From positions 355,223 through 419,222 of the forward strand of contig NZ_JALEGV010000041.1 in assembly GCF_022763245.1 (NCBI RefSeq): a stretch of 64,000 nt of DNA, written 5' to 3'. This DNA is from Oricola sp. GTDB lineage: Bacteria; Pseudomonadota; Alphaproteobacteria; Rhizobiales; Rhizobiaceae. A model generated the notes under the pieces. It was not told the DNA's origin. It ran no database searches and was given only the letters and a program-made list of their open reading frames with translations. Shown here one piece after another: positions 1 to 9,156 of the stretch. The translations under genes were made by a program, and so were the position numbers. Position 1 is the stretch's first letter, and each line of letters begins with the position of its first letter.

Positions 1-228
1 TCCGCCAACCTGCTGATCACCGTGGTGCGCAAGCCGGACGGCGAGGGCCATGCGGTCCTGACCGTGCGCACCGACCGCGGCGATTACGTCCTCGACAACC
101 TGACCACCAAGGTCATGCTGTGGAAGGACACGCCTTACACCTATCTGAAGCGCCAGTCGGCCCAGCATGCGGGCCATTGGGTGTCGATCGAGATGCCGGA
201 CCAGACCGTCGTCGGTTCGGTGAAGTAG
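1..228 (+). CDS. C-terminal fragment of a transglutaminase-like cysteine peptidase (BTLCP family), 5'-truncated by the window edge
   Basis: Frame is open from nt 1 (SANLLITVVRKPDGEGHAVLTVRTDRGDYVLDNLTTKVMLWKDTPYTYLK...), resembling the conserved C-terminus of periplasmic transglutaminase-like cysteine proteinases. Stop at 226-228. Confidence 0.45.
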   Translation, partial: SANLLITVVRKPDGEGHAVLTVRTDRGDYVLDNLTTKVMLWKDTPYTYLKRQSAQHAGHWVSIEMPDQTVVGSVK

Positions 229-232
229 TCGG

Positions 233-949
233 TCACGCGCGCAGAAGCGTTTCGAAACGGCGCAGCCCCTCCGAGGAAAACAACAGCGTCCGCGACCCGT
301 CGCGGCGGTGGATCCAGCCCTTCTCGAGGAAGTGCGTCAGCACCGCCGCCCCGAGGCCGCCGGCCAGATGCGGGCGGCGTTCCGACCAGTCGAGACAGGC
401 ACGGCAAAGCGGACGCCTCGCCCGTTTCAGCGGGCCCGGGTCGATGCCGAAGCGCGCGATCACCTCTTCGCCCCTCGGCGTCAGCCCGACATTGGCGTCG
501 TCTCCTGCCAGCACGCCGGATTGGCGCAGGCCGCCGAACAGGCGCACGCCCATCGCCCCGGCAAGGTGATCGTAGCAGATCCGTGCCTCGCGCAGGTGCG
601 GGTCCCGCGGGCCGGTGCTGATCGCGGCGCCTTCGGGGCTTGCTGCCAGCACGCTCAGCGTCTCGACCAGATGCGCCGCTTCCGCGCTGGCGATGCGGTA
701 GTAGCGATGACGCCCCTCGCTCGCGACGGCGAGCAGCTTTCCGTCGATCAGCTTGGCGAGGTGCGAACTTGCGGTCTGGGCGCTGACGCCACCCGCCCGC
801 GCCAGCTCGCCCGCCGTCAGCGCGCGGCCGTCCATCAGCGACAGCATCATCTGCGCGCGGGCCGGGTCGGCCAGCAGTGCCGCCAGTCGGGTGATGTTGG
901 GGCCTGTCGTATCGGTCATGCGCAGACGGTATCCTGATAGTCTCGCCAA
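233..949 (-). CDS. ArsR/SmtB-family transcriptional regulator with an extra C-terminal domain
   Basis: N-terminal winged-HTH motif (ITRLAALLADPARAQMMLSLMDGRALTAGELARAGGVSAQTASSHLAKLIDGKLL); 238 aa; divergent from a DUF1127 gene. Confidence 0.7.
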   Translation of the reverse strand: MARLSGYRLRMTDTTGPNITRLAALLADPARAQMMLSLMDGRALTAGELARAGGVSAQTASSHLAKLIDGKLLAVASEGRHRYYRIASAEAAHLVETLSVLAASPEGAAISTGPRDPHLREARICYDHLAGAMGVRLFGGLRQSGVLAGDDANVGLTPRGEEVIARFGIDPGPLKRARRPLCRACLDWSERRPHLAGGLGAAVLTHFLEKGWIHRRDGSRTLLFSSEGLRRFETLLRA

Positions 950-1027
950 CGCTTCGATCGGCGTCGAAACATCGAGTGCACCCTGCGGCTAGCCTGAACA
1001 GGCCAGAGCCGAAAGGGAAGCACGAAC

Positions 1028-1282
1028 ATGACCGATCTTGCCGACGATTTCCGATCCGTCCGCCGCGATGTTGTCGCTCGCAGCGTCCGGGCCTTCCGGC
1101 ATCTCCTGGCGGCTGTGCGCAGGGCGGCAGCGAGGCGCCGCACGCGCAGGCAATTGGCCGCGCTCGAGGAATTCAGGCTGGATGATGTCGGGCTCAGCGC
1201 CGCCGATGCTTCAAGGGAGATCGGCAAGTCGTTTCCCGGCCGTGCGCAGGCCGGCCGGCCGCCGATCGAAACCTGGCGGTGA
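1028..1282 (+). CDS. DUF1127 small protein
   Basis: 84 aa with an Arg-rich helix followed by RRQLAALEEFRLDDVGLSAADA, the signature of DUF1127. Confidence 0.7.
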   Translation: MTDLADDFRSVRRDVVARSVRAFRHLLAAVRRAAARRRTRRQLAALEEFRLDDVGLSAADASREIGKSFPGRAQAGRPPIETWR

Positions 1283-1293
1283 GGCCGCCGGCG

Positions 1294-1425
1294 TTAGCCG
1301 CGCATCTGCCGCTTGGCGCAGGCCGGCCCCGGTCCGCGCATGTAATGGCGCTCCGGATGATACTGTCGCCAGACGAGGCCGCGCATCGTGGCCAGCACGT
1401 GTCCGAATGACCGGATCAAGATCAT
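1294..1425 (-). CDS. candidate unannotated small ORF (43 aa: MILIRSFGHVLATMRGLVWRQYHPERHYMRGPGPACAKRQMRG)
   Basis: Not in the ORF track (<60 aa). It sits in a ~330-bp gap between a DUF1127 gene and mbfA. GC3 is very high (>80%), unlike the overlapping 76-aa listed frame, which shows mixed third positions. Function unknown. Confidence 0.25.
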   Translation of the reverse strand: MILIRSFGHVLATMRGLVWRQYHPERHYMRGPGPACAKRQMRG

Positions 1426-1610
1426 GTCCGTATTCCCGCAATGAGGCGATTCGCCTTCAGTCCCTACCGGCACAACCCTATGCCGCAGACAGTGAACCTC
1501 CTGTGAATATCCGCCGGAGACAGTATTCCAGCCGACATTTTATCGCATTGCAGCATTACTTTTTTTGGTGCGGCAGGAAATTCCGCCCGGGCCACCGGGC
1601 CACCGGGGCG

Positions 1611-2594
1611 TCAGGCGTTTCCGATCGCCATGCCGGCCGCGAACACCAGCGCGCCGCCCAGCACCACCTGGAAGATCGCCCGGCTCCAGGGCGTCTCCAT
1701 CCAGCGTTTCTGGATCCAGGCGATCGCCCACAATTCGATGACGACGACGATCATGGCGATCACCGTCGCGGTCCAGAAATGCGGGATCAGATAGGGCAGG
1801 GCGTGGCCGAGGCCGCCGACCGCCGTCATGATGCCGGTGGCAAGCCCCCGCTTGATCGGCGAACCGCGCCCGGAGATGACGCCGTCGTCGGAGGCGACCT
1901 CGGTGAAGCCCATCGAGATGCCTGCACCGACGGAGGCGGCCAGGCCGACCAGGAAGGTGGTCCAGGGATCCTGCGTCGCGAAGGCCGTAGCGAAGATCGG
2001 CGCCAGCGTGGAGACCGATCCGTCCATCAGGCCGGCCAGCCCCGGCTGGACATAGGTCAGGATGAATTGCCGCCGCTCGACCTGGTCCTCGGCCTCGCGC
2101 ACCTCTTCCGGCAGATGCTTGGCTTCCAGCTCTTCGGCGGTCGTCTGGTGGCCCGCTTCCGCCAGCGCCAGCTCGCCGAGCAACTTGCGGGTGTCGGCGT
2201 CCTCGCATTGCTGGGCGGCGCGCAGATAGAAGCGATGCGCCTGCGCTTCCATGATCGCGGCCTGCGCGCGCACCTTCTCGATGCCGAGCGGCCGCACCAG
2301 CCAGTCCGGCTTCCTCTCGTAGTAGCCGCGCACATGCTCGCGCCTGATCAGCGGAATGTGGTCGCCGAAACGCTTCTTGTGCAGGTCGATCAGCCGGGCG
2401 CGGTGCGTCGTCTCCTCCTCGGCCATTTCCTCGAAGATCTTCGCGGAGTTCGGATAATCCTCGGCGAGCCCGTCGGCATAGGCGAGATAGATGCGTGCGT
2501 CGTCCTCCTCCGAGGAAATGGCGAGCGCGAGAATCTCCTGTTCGCTCAAGGACTTGAAGTCGCGGCGCGCGGAGGGGAACAGACGTTGCAGCAT
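1611..2594 (-). CDS. mbfA: membrane-bound ferritin-like (erythrin) and VIT1/CCC1 iron-export protein
   Basis: N-terminal ferritin/rubrerythrin-like domain (EEMAEEETTHRARL...ELALAEAGHQ) fused to a C-terminal multi-TM VIT1/CCC1 domain. This is the architecture of MbfA in Agrobacterium and Bradyrhizobium. An Irr ICE box lies 17 bp upstream. Confidence 0.85.
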   Translation of the reverse strand: MLQRLFPSARRDFKSLSEQEILALAISSEEDDARIYLAYADGLAEDYPNSAKIFEEMAEEETTHRARLIDLHKKRFGDHIPLIRREHVRGYYERKPDWLVRPLGIEKVRAQAAIMEAQAHRFYLRAAQQCEDADTRKLLGELALAEAGHQTTAEELEAKHLPEEVREAEDQVERRQFILTYVQPGLAGLMDGSVSTLAPIFATAFATQDPWTTFLVGLAASVGAGISMGFTEVASDDGVISGRGSPIKRGLATGIMTAVGGLGHALPYLIPHFWTATVIAMIVVVIELWAIAWIQKRWMETPWSRAIFQVVLGGALVFAAGMAIGNA

Positions 2595-2610
2595 GGGAGG
2601 CGAATTCCAA

Positions 2611-2627
2611 TTTAGAATGGTTCTAAA
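2611..2627. promoter_or_regulatory. Irr-binding iron control element (ICE) in the mbfA promoter
   Basis: The sequence tttagaatggttctaaa is a perfect match to the ICE consensus TTTAGAA-N3-TTCTAAA. It lies immediately upstream of the mbfA start (2594, minus strand). Confidence 0.65.
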
Positions 2628-2706
2628 TTATGGAGAGTTTGCCCTTTGTCAAGAAACAGAACGCCGCACCGGCTATTGTTGCGCCAATGTCATATTTGGG
2701 GGACGA

Positions 2707-3192
2707 ATGGCTGCGATGGCCCTGGAGATCGAACGCAAATTCCTCGTCGAGAACGGCGACTGGCGTGAGGCGACGGAAACGTCGCGCCGGATTGTCCAGG
2801 CCTATCTGGCGCTGGACGGCGACGTCTCCGTGCGCATCCGCATTTCCGACGACCGCGCCGCGCGTATCGCCGTCAAGATCGGCCAGTCGGGCCTCAATCG
2901 CGAGGAGTTCGAATATCCCGTCCCGCTCGAAGACGCCCGCCGAATGATCGCCGCCAATGCCCGGCGCCTGATCGAGAAGACCCGCTACACCGTCACCTTC
3001 GAGGGGTTCCTGTGGGAGGTCGACGCCTATGAGGGCGCGCTGTCGGGCCTTGTGATCGCCGAGGTGGAGCTGGAGAGCGAAGACGACGATCCCCGCCTGC
3101 CCGCCTGGGTCGGCCGGGAAGTCACCGGCGACAATGACTGGTCGAATGCGCGGCTCGCCATTGCGGGCCTGCCGGAAGAGACGCGAGTGTGA
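2707..3192 (+). CDS. CYTH-domain protein (triphosphate tunnel metalloenzyme / class IV adenylate-cyclase-like)
   Basis: Internal ATG at 2707 (MAAMALEIERKFLVEN...). The EIERKFLV N-terminal motif and the repeated acidic EXEXK-type strands are typical of CYTH. The longer listed ORF (from 2491) overlaps the mbfA promoter. Confidence 0.75.
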   Translation: MAAMALEIERKFLVENGDWREATETSRRIVQAYLALDGDVSVRIRISDDRAARIAVKIGQSGLNREEFEYPVPLEDARRMIAANARRLIEKTRYTVTFEGFLWEVDAYEGALSGLVIAEVELESEDDDPRLPAWVGREVTGDNDWSNARLAIAGLPEETRV

Positions 3193-3202
3193 CCGTCCAC
3201 CG

Positions 3203-4117
3203 ATGAGCGACCGTATTCGGCCCGGAGAACCGCTGACCGACGAGGTCGTCCGCATTGCCGGCAAGCAGTACGGCAAGGCGATCAGGATCCTGCGTGACGA
3301 GCCGAAGGGACGTTACGAGGCGATTCACGACGCGCGCAAGCGTTTCAAGCGCCTCAGGGGCCTCTACCGGCTTGTGCGCGAGGCGGCGCCCGAATTCTGC
3401 GCCCGGGAGAACGCGCGCCTGCGCGACACGGCCCGCACCCTGTCGGCCGTGCGCGACGCGACGGCGCTGGTGGAGGCGCTCGACCGGTTGCTCGGCGATT
3501 GCGAGACTGACGAATGCCGTCAGGCGCTCACCTCGGTTCGCGACCGCCTCGCGGGCCGCCGCGATGCGATCGCCGCTAGCCAGACGGATCTCGACGCGCG
3601 GATGGTGGCGGCGATCGAGGCCTGCGAAGCGGGCCTTGCCTCTCTCTGCGACCTGAAATTGCCCGGCGGCGGCAAGACCGCCGTCGACGTCCTGGCGCGC
3701 GGGACCTCGAAGACCTACGGTCGCGCCGTCAAGGCGCTGGCCTGCGCCCGCGAGACCGACGCTCCCGCCGACTGGCACGAGCTGCGCAAGCACGTCAAAT
3801 ACCACTGGACGCACCTGCAATTGCTGCGGCCGGCCTGGCCGGGCGCGATGGACGCCCGCGCCGGTGTGGCAGATCAGGTCGCCGAAGCGCTTGGTGACGA
3901 CCATGATCTGGCCGCCCTGTCGGCACTGATCGCTGCCGAACCGGACTTGGCGGGCGACGCCGGCGAGATCGACATCCTGCGCGGTATGATGGCGGCGCGG
4001 TCCGAACGGCTGCATGCACAGGCGCGCGCGATGCTCACGCACCTCCTGCAGGACGATCCCGCTATTATTCGCAGCCGTGTCGCGGCACTCCTGCGCGCCG
4101 CCGCCGCCGCCGACTGA
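3203..4117 (+). CDS. CHAD-domain protein
   Basis: A ~300-aa all-helical Arg/His-rich protein (HDARKRFKRLRGLYRL...LRKHVKYHWTHLQLL). Start at ATG 3203, 11 nt after the CYTH stop. CYTH-CHAD adjacency and fusion is a well-known pairing. Confidence 0.75.
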   Translation: MSDRIRPGEPLTDEVVRIAGKQYGKAIRILRDEPKGRYEAIHDARKRFKRLRGLYRLVREAAPEFCARENARLRDTARTLSAVRDATALVEALDRLLGDCETDECRQALTSVRDRLAGRRDAIAASQTDLDARMVAAIEACEAGLASLCDLKLPGGGKTAVDVLARGTSKTYGRAVKALACARETDAPADWHELRKHVKYHWTHLQLLRPAWPGAMDARAGVADQVAEALGDDHDLAALSALIAAEPDLAGDAGEIDILRGMMAARSERLHAQARAMLTHLLQDDPAIIRSRVAALLRAAAAAD

Positions 4118-4281
4118 CCGGCGCGCCGGAAGCGCCCTTCACACCATTCAAATGCAACGTTTTTTCTTCGGCTTCCGGCAACCCTCCCGCTTAAGCAAGG
4201 AACAACGCTTGATGACTATCCTGCGACAGGTTGGCACAGTTGCGTGTCGACGAAGCGCTGCGGACAAGATGGGGGCGCAGT

Positions 4282-4503
4282 ATGTTTGTGCGTTTTTTAC
4301 ATGATAAGACCGGCGCGACCGCTGTCGAATACGGCGTGATCGCGGGCATAATTTCTGTTGCACTTGTAACCGGCGCGACCGCGATCGGTTCGACACTCAA
4401 TGCGAAGTTCAACCTGGTTGGCACCACGATCGGTCCCGGCCTGGATTCCAATTCCACGGGCGGTGCCGGCGGCGGCGGGGGTAGCAACTCTTCGTCCTTC
4501 TGA
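4282..4503 (+). CDS. flp: Flp/Fap-family type IVb pilin with a Gly/Ser-rich C-terminal extension
   Basis: MFVRFLHDKTGATAVEYGVIAGIISVALVTGATAIG carries the Flp prepilin motif (G/ATAVEYG plus a hydrophobic helix). The tail is GGAGGGGGSNSSSF. No tad/cpa genes are nearby. Confidence 0.7.
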   Translation: MFVRFLHDKTGATAVEYGVIAGIISVALVTGATAIGSTLNAKFNLVGTTIGPGLDSNSTGGAGGGGGSNSSSF

Positions 4504-4542
4504 TCCGGCTCGCATAACCGTTCGCCATTCGGCGGCGCGGAT

Positions 4543-7500
4543 TTACCGCCGCGTCAGCCGCCAGCTTCGCAATTCGAAGGGCATCAAGGCATGCGGGCGC
4601 TCGCGTGGCATCCGCTCCTCCAGAATGTTGATTGCGCGCCCGCCCGTCCATCCGTCGGGCAGGGTGAAATCGAATGCGCCGCGCCGTCCGGCCGGTTCAT
4701 AGACGCGCAGCACCAGGCCGTCGCCATTCTCCGCCGGCTTCAGCGCCGACAGCGCGGCCGGTATGCCCTTGAAGGAGACGAGCGACGCGCTGAAGGGCGC
4801 CAGCCCGCTGGCGAAGACCGCGACCGGCGGCTGGTTGAGCCACTCGGCCTGTTCGCGCACGCCGCCTTCGTGCCAGTCGCCCGGATGCGGGTAGAGCGAA
4901 TAGGTGAAGGTCTGCGTTCCCTCGTCGGCCTGCGGGTCCGGCCAGACGGGGCCGCGCACCAGGCTCAGCCCGAGAACGTTCTTCTTGGCGCTGTGGCCGT
5001 ATTTCGCGTCATTGAGCAAGGCGACGCCGAAGCCCGGCTCCGACAGGTCGCAGAAGCGGTGCCCGGGCACTTCGAACTGCGCCGCGTCCCAGCTCGTATT
5101 CACATGCGTCGGCCGTTTGACCACGCCGAGCGCGCATTCGAACGTCGCCTCGCGCGCCGAAACGGCAATCGGATTGACCGTGCGCACCAGGGCGCGCCGG
5201 TCGTGCCAGTCGATCTCGGTCTCGATGTCGAGGCGGCGGCCGTTGGCGCTCAGCGCATAGGTCTGCGTGATGGTCGAATTGCGCCAGGCCTTCACCACCC
5301 GGATCGCCCCGCGCTGCGCACTCGCCTCCGAGATGCCCATGCCGCGAATGTCGGTGATCTCCGCCCCGCGCAGCGCGTAGTCGTCCTCGATGTCCCAGGC
5401 GTCCCAGTAGCGCGGCTTGTCGGCGGGATAGACCCACAGCTGGTTACCGCGCCCGTCCAGCGCCTCGCGGCCGGTTTCCTTGTGGATCAGGCTGCTGATC
5501 GTGCCGTCCGCGCCGAACACGACCTTCAGATGGGCGTTCTCCAGCCGGTTCGCGGTCACGACCAGGCCGGGCGTCGGCGTCAACCTGTCGAAATCGAGAA
5601 CCTTCACGCCCAGCGCGGGCACGGTCTCGTCGGCCGCCACGCGCTGGCCGTCGGGCAGGGCGAAGCTCAGGGGGCGATCTGTCGCCGAAGGGTTGGCGAC
5701 GATCAGCGCGTTCTCGATGCCGCCCTTCGGCAGGTGCTGCTCGATCACCGCCATCGCCGCGCGATGCGCCGCCCGGGCGAGCTTCTGCACGTTGCCGAGT
5801 TCGCGTTCCGCGTCGCGCGCGGTCTCGGCGATGCCCGAGCCCGGCAGAATGTCGTGAAACTCGTTCTTGAGGACGAGCCGCCAGGCCGGCTCCAGGTTCA
5901 CGGGCTGCGGGCCGCCGAGCAGCATGGCCATCGACGCGAGCGTTTCCGCCGTGATCAGGGCGCGTTCGGCGTGGCGGTGCAGCTTCTTCACGGCACTTTG
6001 CGTCGTCAGCGTCGCGCGATGCAGTTCCAGGTAGATCTCGCCCGACCAGACCGGGTAGCCGCGATCCGGTTCGCCGGCGCGGGCGCGGTCGAAGAAGCGT
6101 CCGACGCGGCCCCATTGGGCCTGCGGCAGGGCGGGAAACTGGCGCAGCTGCGTTTCGCGCTCCACCATTTCCGGCGTCACGCCGCCCCCGCCGTCGCCAT
6201 AGCCGACCGCCAGAAGCGTCTCGTCATGCTGGGTCTTGCCGCGGAAATTTTTCCAGGTCGGCAACAGGCAGTCCGGGCGCACGAAACCGTTGTAGCCGGC
6301 CATCGGATTGTCGAATGTGTGCGTCAGCACCCGCGAGCCGTCGAGGCCCTCCCACCAGAACAGGTCGTGGGGAAAGGCGTTCGTCTCCGACCAGTTGACC
6401 TTGATGGTGAAGAAATGTTCCAGCCCGCCCTGGCGAAGGATCTGCGGCAGCGCGCCGGAAAAGCCGAAACAGTCCGGCAGCCAGCAAACCTTGTGGCGCA
6501 CGCCGAACTGCTTTTCGAAATAGCGTTGCCCGTAGAGCACCTGGCGCACAAGGCTCTCGCCGGTCGGCATGTTGGTGTCGGGCTCCACCCACATGCCGCC
6601 GATCGTTTCCCACCGGCCTGCCGCCGCCTTCTTGCGGATCATTTCCAGAAGCGCGGGATCGTCCTCTTCGAGCTGCGCGTAATAGGCCGCGGTCGACTGG
6701 TTGAAGACGAAATCCGGGGAGGCGTCGATCAGCGACAGAGCGGTGCGGAAGGTGCGCTGGATCTTGCGGCGCGTCTCTTCCCATGGCCACAGCCAGGCGA
6801 GATCGATATGCGCATGGCCGGTCAGCACCACCTGGCCCTGCGGCGGGAAGCGCTGCTTGAGAAGCGCCAGCGCCGAGACCAGGCTGTCATAAGCCGCGAC
6901 CACGCCGCGCCGCTCGTCCTCGTTCAACCCGTCCGGATCGGACTTCAGCTCCGGCAATTGCCAGATCGTCTGTTGCTGCTCGGAGCGCGAGACGCGGGCG
7001 ATGTAATTGGCCGTATCCGACGGCCAGTCGAGATTGCGCAACGCCGTTTCGGCCGCGTTGAGCATGTGCGGCACGACCTCGTGGTCGCCCAGCGCGCTCA
7101 CCGCTTCGCCGATCTGGGTCAGCAGCAGGTGCAGGCGGTGCACCGGCAGGTCGATCCAGGCCAGCCGCGCGGCGATCAGGCGTGGCTCGCGCACCGGCTG
7201 GCCGAAGGGCTTGCGCGCGACGCTCTCGGCGCGAATGTCGAGCGAGCGCCCGCGCAACGAATACTCGCGGTGATTGGGGTCATGGCCGAAGGAGACCGCA
7301 TCAAGGCCGGGCTGCGACAACGTCACGAGGCTCTCGCCGCCGAGGTCGAGGATCAGCCGCGTCGCGTCGAGCGGCCAGTGGGTGGGAACGCTCGCATGCG
7401 CCGCGAATTCCAGCACGCCTTGCGCCGTCGGCCAGGCCCCGCCCAGTTCGATCGGCGCGCCGTCTACGGTCCATCCGTCCACGGTCAGGCTTTCGCGCTC

Positions 7501-7569
7501 GCGCCACCAGACGAGTTCCGACGTCCGCTCCTGCAGGCGGTCCAGGCGTTGAGAGATGGTGAGCGGCAT
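4543..7569 (-). CDS. glycoside hydrolase family 38 alpha-mannosidase
   Basis: ~1000 aa. GH38 N-terminal catalytic region (HIDLAWLWPWEETRRKIQRTF, WLPDCFGFSGALPQIL) plus the C-terminal beta-sandwich. Start at Met 7569 (MPLTISQRL). Confidence 0.85.
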   Translation of the reverse strand: MPLTISQRLDRLQERTSELVWWRERESLTVDGWTVDGAPIELGGAWPTAQGVLEFAAHASVPTHWPLDATRLILDLGGESLVTLSQPGLDAVSFGHDPNHREYSLRGRSLDIRAESVARKPFGQPVREPRLIAARLAWIDLPVHRLHLLLTQIGEAVSALGDHEVVPHMLNAAETALRNLDWPSDTANYIARVSRSEQQQTIWQLPELKSDPDGLNEDERRGVVAAYDSLVSALALLKQRFPPQGQVVLTGHAHIDLAWLWPWEETRRKIQRTFRTALSLIDASPDFVFNQSTAAYYAQLEEDDPALLEMIRKKAAAGRWETIGGMWVEPDTNMPTGESLVRQVLYGQRYFEKQFGVRHKVCWLPDCFGFSGALPQILRQGGLEHFFTIKVNWSETNAFPHDLFWWEGLDGSRVLTHTFDNPMAGYNGFVRPDCLLPTWKNFRGKTQHDETLLAVGYGDGGGGVTPEMVERETQLRQFPALPQAQWGRVGRFFDRARAGEPDRGYPVWSGEIYLELHRATLTTQSAVKKLHRHAERALITAETLASMAMLLGGPQPVNLEPAWRLVLKNEFHDILPGSGIAETARDAERELGNVQKLARAAHRAAMAVIEQHLPKGGIENALIVANPSATDRPLSFALPDGQRVAADETVPALGVKVLDFDRLTPTPGLVVTANRLENAHLKVVFGADGTISSLIHKETGREALDGRGNQLWVYPADKPRYWDAWDIEDDYALRGAEITDIRGMGISEASAQRGAIRVVKAWRNSTITQTYALSANGRRLDIETEIDWHDRRALVRTVNPIAVSAREATFECALGVVKRPTHVNTSWDAAQFEVPGHRFCDLSEPGFGVALLNDAKYGHSAKKNVLGLSLVRGPVWPDPQADEGTQTFTYSLYPHPGDWHEGGVREQAEWLNQPPVAVFASGLAPFSASLVSFKGIPAALSALKPAENGDGLVLRVYEPAGRRGAFDFTLPDGWTGGRAINILEERMPRERPHALMPFELRSWRLTRR

Positions 7570-7762
7570 GGCCGGTGTTCCGGTTCCTCTTCGAATCGCG
7601 CCGATCATGCGGCGACGGGCCCCGTCTTGCAAAGCCGAAAACGCCGCGCGCGACCGATCGGTCCCTCCCGCGCGCAATCTGCCGCAGCGTCATCGGTCGG
7701 GCGCGCTTGACGCCGACCGGTGCGCGGGCGCATGACAAGGCATCCAGACCAGACATCCCGCC

Positions 7763-9073
7763 ATGCAACAGCACCTCTCGTCCCAGCCGGCGCGCGCGCC
7801 GCTCTTTCAGCCGAAGATCCTGACCACGCTCAGGAGCTATGATCGCGAGACATTCGTCGCCGACATCCTCGCCGGGCTGACCGTCGCGCTGGTCGCCCTG
7901 CCGCTCTCGATCGCCATCGCCATCGCCTCGGGCGCCGAACCGGGCGTCGGCCTGGTGACCGCCGTCATCGGCGGCTTCTTCATTTCGGCCTTCGGCGGCA
8001 GCCGCGTGCAGATCGGCGGGCCGACAGGCGCGTTCATCGTCGTCGTCTACGGCGTCATCGCCGCCCACGGCTATGAGGGCCTCGTCACCGCCACCTTCAT
8101 GGCCGGGCTGATCCTCATCGTGTCCGGCTGGCTGCGCATCGGCAATCTCATCCGCCACGTGCCCGAACCGGTGATCAACGGCTTCACCGTCGGGATCGCC
8201 GTCATCATCGGCGCCAGCCAGCTGCGCGACGCGCTCGGACTGCAGGCCGCGAACCTGCCGGCCGAATTCATCGCCAAGATGGAAGGCATGTGGGCGGTGC
8301 GCGACAGTTTCAACCTGACCGCGCTGGCCGTCACCGCCGGCACCGGTGTCCTGATCGTCGTGTTTCGCCGCGCCGCGCCGCGCTTGCCCGGGATCATCTT
8401 CGCCATCATCATCGCCTCGCTCGTGGTCTGGGCGCTGAACTTGCCCGTCGAGACGATCGGCTCTCGCTATGGCGGCATCCAGTCGGCACTGCCGATGCCG
8501 GGACTGCCGGATCTCTCGCCGGAGAAACTGGCCGAACTCTTCCCCTCGGCGCTGATCATCGCCTTTCTCGCGGGCATTGAATCGCTCCTGTCGGCGATCG
8601 TTGCCGACCGCATGGTCTCCGGCAGGCATCGGCCGAACGCGGAAGTCGTGGCCCAGGGGATCGCTAACACGGCCTCGGCTCTGTTTGCCGGCCTGCCGGC
8701 CACCGGCGCCATTGCCCGCACCGCGACCAATGTGCGCGCCGGCGGCCGCACGCCCGTCGCCGGTATCGCGCATGCGCTGTTCATCCTCGCCTTCATGCTG
8801 GTCGCAGCGCCTCTGGCCAACTACCTGCCGATGCCGGCGCTTGCCGCGATCCTGCTGCTCACGGCCTGGAACATGGCCGAAGTGGACGAACTCAAGCACC
8901 GGCTCTCACCCTCCGTGCGCCTGTCGGATCGGGGGCTTTTGGTGGTCACGATGCTTCTGACGGTGATCGTCGATCTCACGGTTGCCATCGGCGTCGGCGT
9001 CGCCATCGGGCTGGCGCTTCGCATCCGCCGCCGTGACATCGACCCCCCGGAGTGGAACGCGCCGAAGCATTAG
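7763..9073 (+). CDS. SulP-family anion transporter, transmembrane core only (no STAS domain)
   Basis: SulP signature region ([46 protein letters not shown]). The ORF ends after the last TM at 436 aa, and queG follows within 84 bp. Confidence 0.75.
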   Translation: MQQHLSSQPARAPLFQPKILTTLRSYDRETFVADILAGLTVALVALPLSIAIAIASGAEPGVGLVTAVIGGFFISAFGGSRVQIGGPTGAFIVVVYGVIAAHGYEGLVTATFMAGLILIVSGWLRIGNLIRHVPEPVINGFTVGIAVIIGASQLRDALGLQAANLPAEFIAKMEGMWAVRDSFNLTALAVTAGTGVLIVVFRRAAPRLPGIIFAIIIASLVVWALNLPVETIGSRYGGIQSALPMPGLPDLSPEKLAELFPSALIIAFLAGIESLLSAIVADRMVSGRHRPNAEVVAQGIANTASALFAGLPATGAIARTATNVRAGGRTPVAGIAHALFILAFMLVAAPLANYLPMPALAAILLLTAWNMAEVDELKHRLSPSVRLSDRGLLVVTMLLTVIVDLTVAIGVGVAIGLALRIRRRDIDPPEWNAPKH

Positions 9074-9156
9074 GCGCTGCGCTCAATCGCTTCCCCGCCC
9101 ATTCCAGCCACACAGGCACATTGCCGTCGAGACCCCATCGCGGGCATGATTGCGCC

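Noticed and set aside
4218-4236. Sigma-54-like TGGCAC motif (ttggcacagttgcg) upstream of the flp pilin gene
   Set aside because: The spacing between the GG and GC elements is ~2 nt too short for the -24/-12 consensus (TGGCAC-N5-TTGC). The similar TGGCACGATTCGC at ~23316 fails for the same reason.
4591-7710. A 1039-aa plus-strand ORF, with many other long Arg/Ala/Gly-rich ORFs elsewhere (e.g. 1038..2615 +, 1540..2610 -, 7301..8899 -, 36920..39736 +)
   Set aside because: These are antisense or alternative-frame ORFs inside real genes (GH38, mbfA, SulP, P450/tctA). They have low-complexity Arg/Gly/Ala composition and no domain signatures. Such ORFs are the expected by-product of a 65% GC genome with few stop codons in off-frames.
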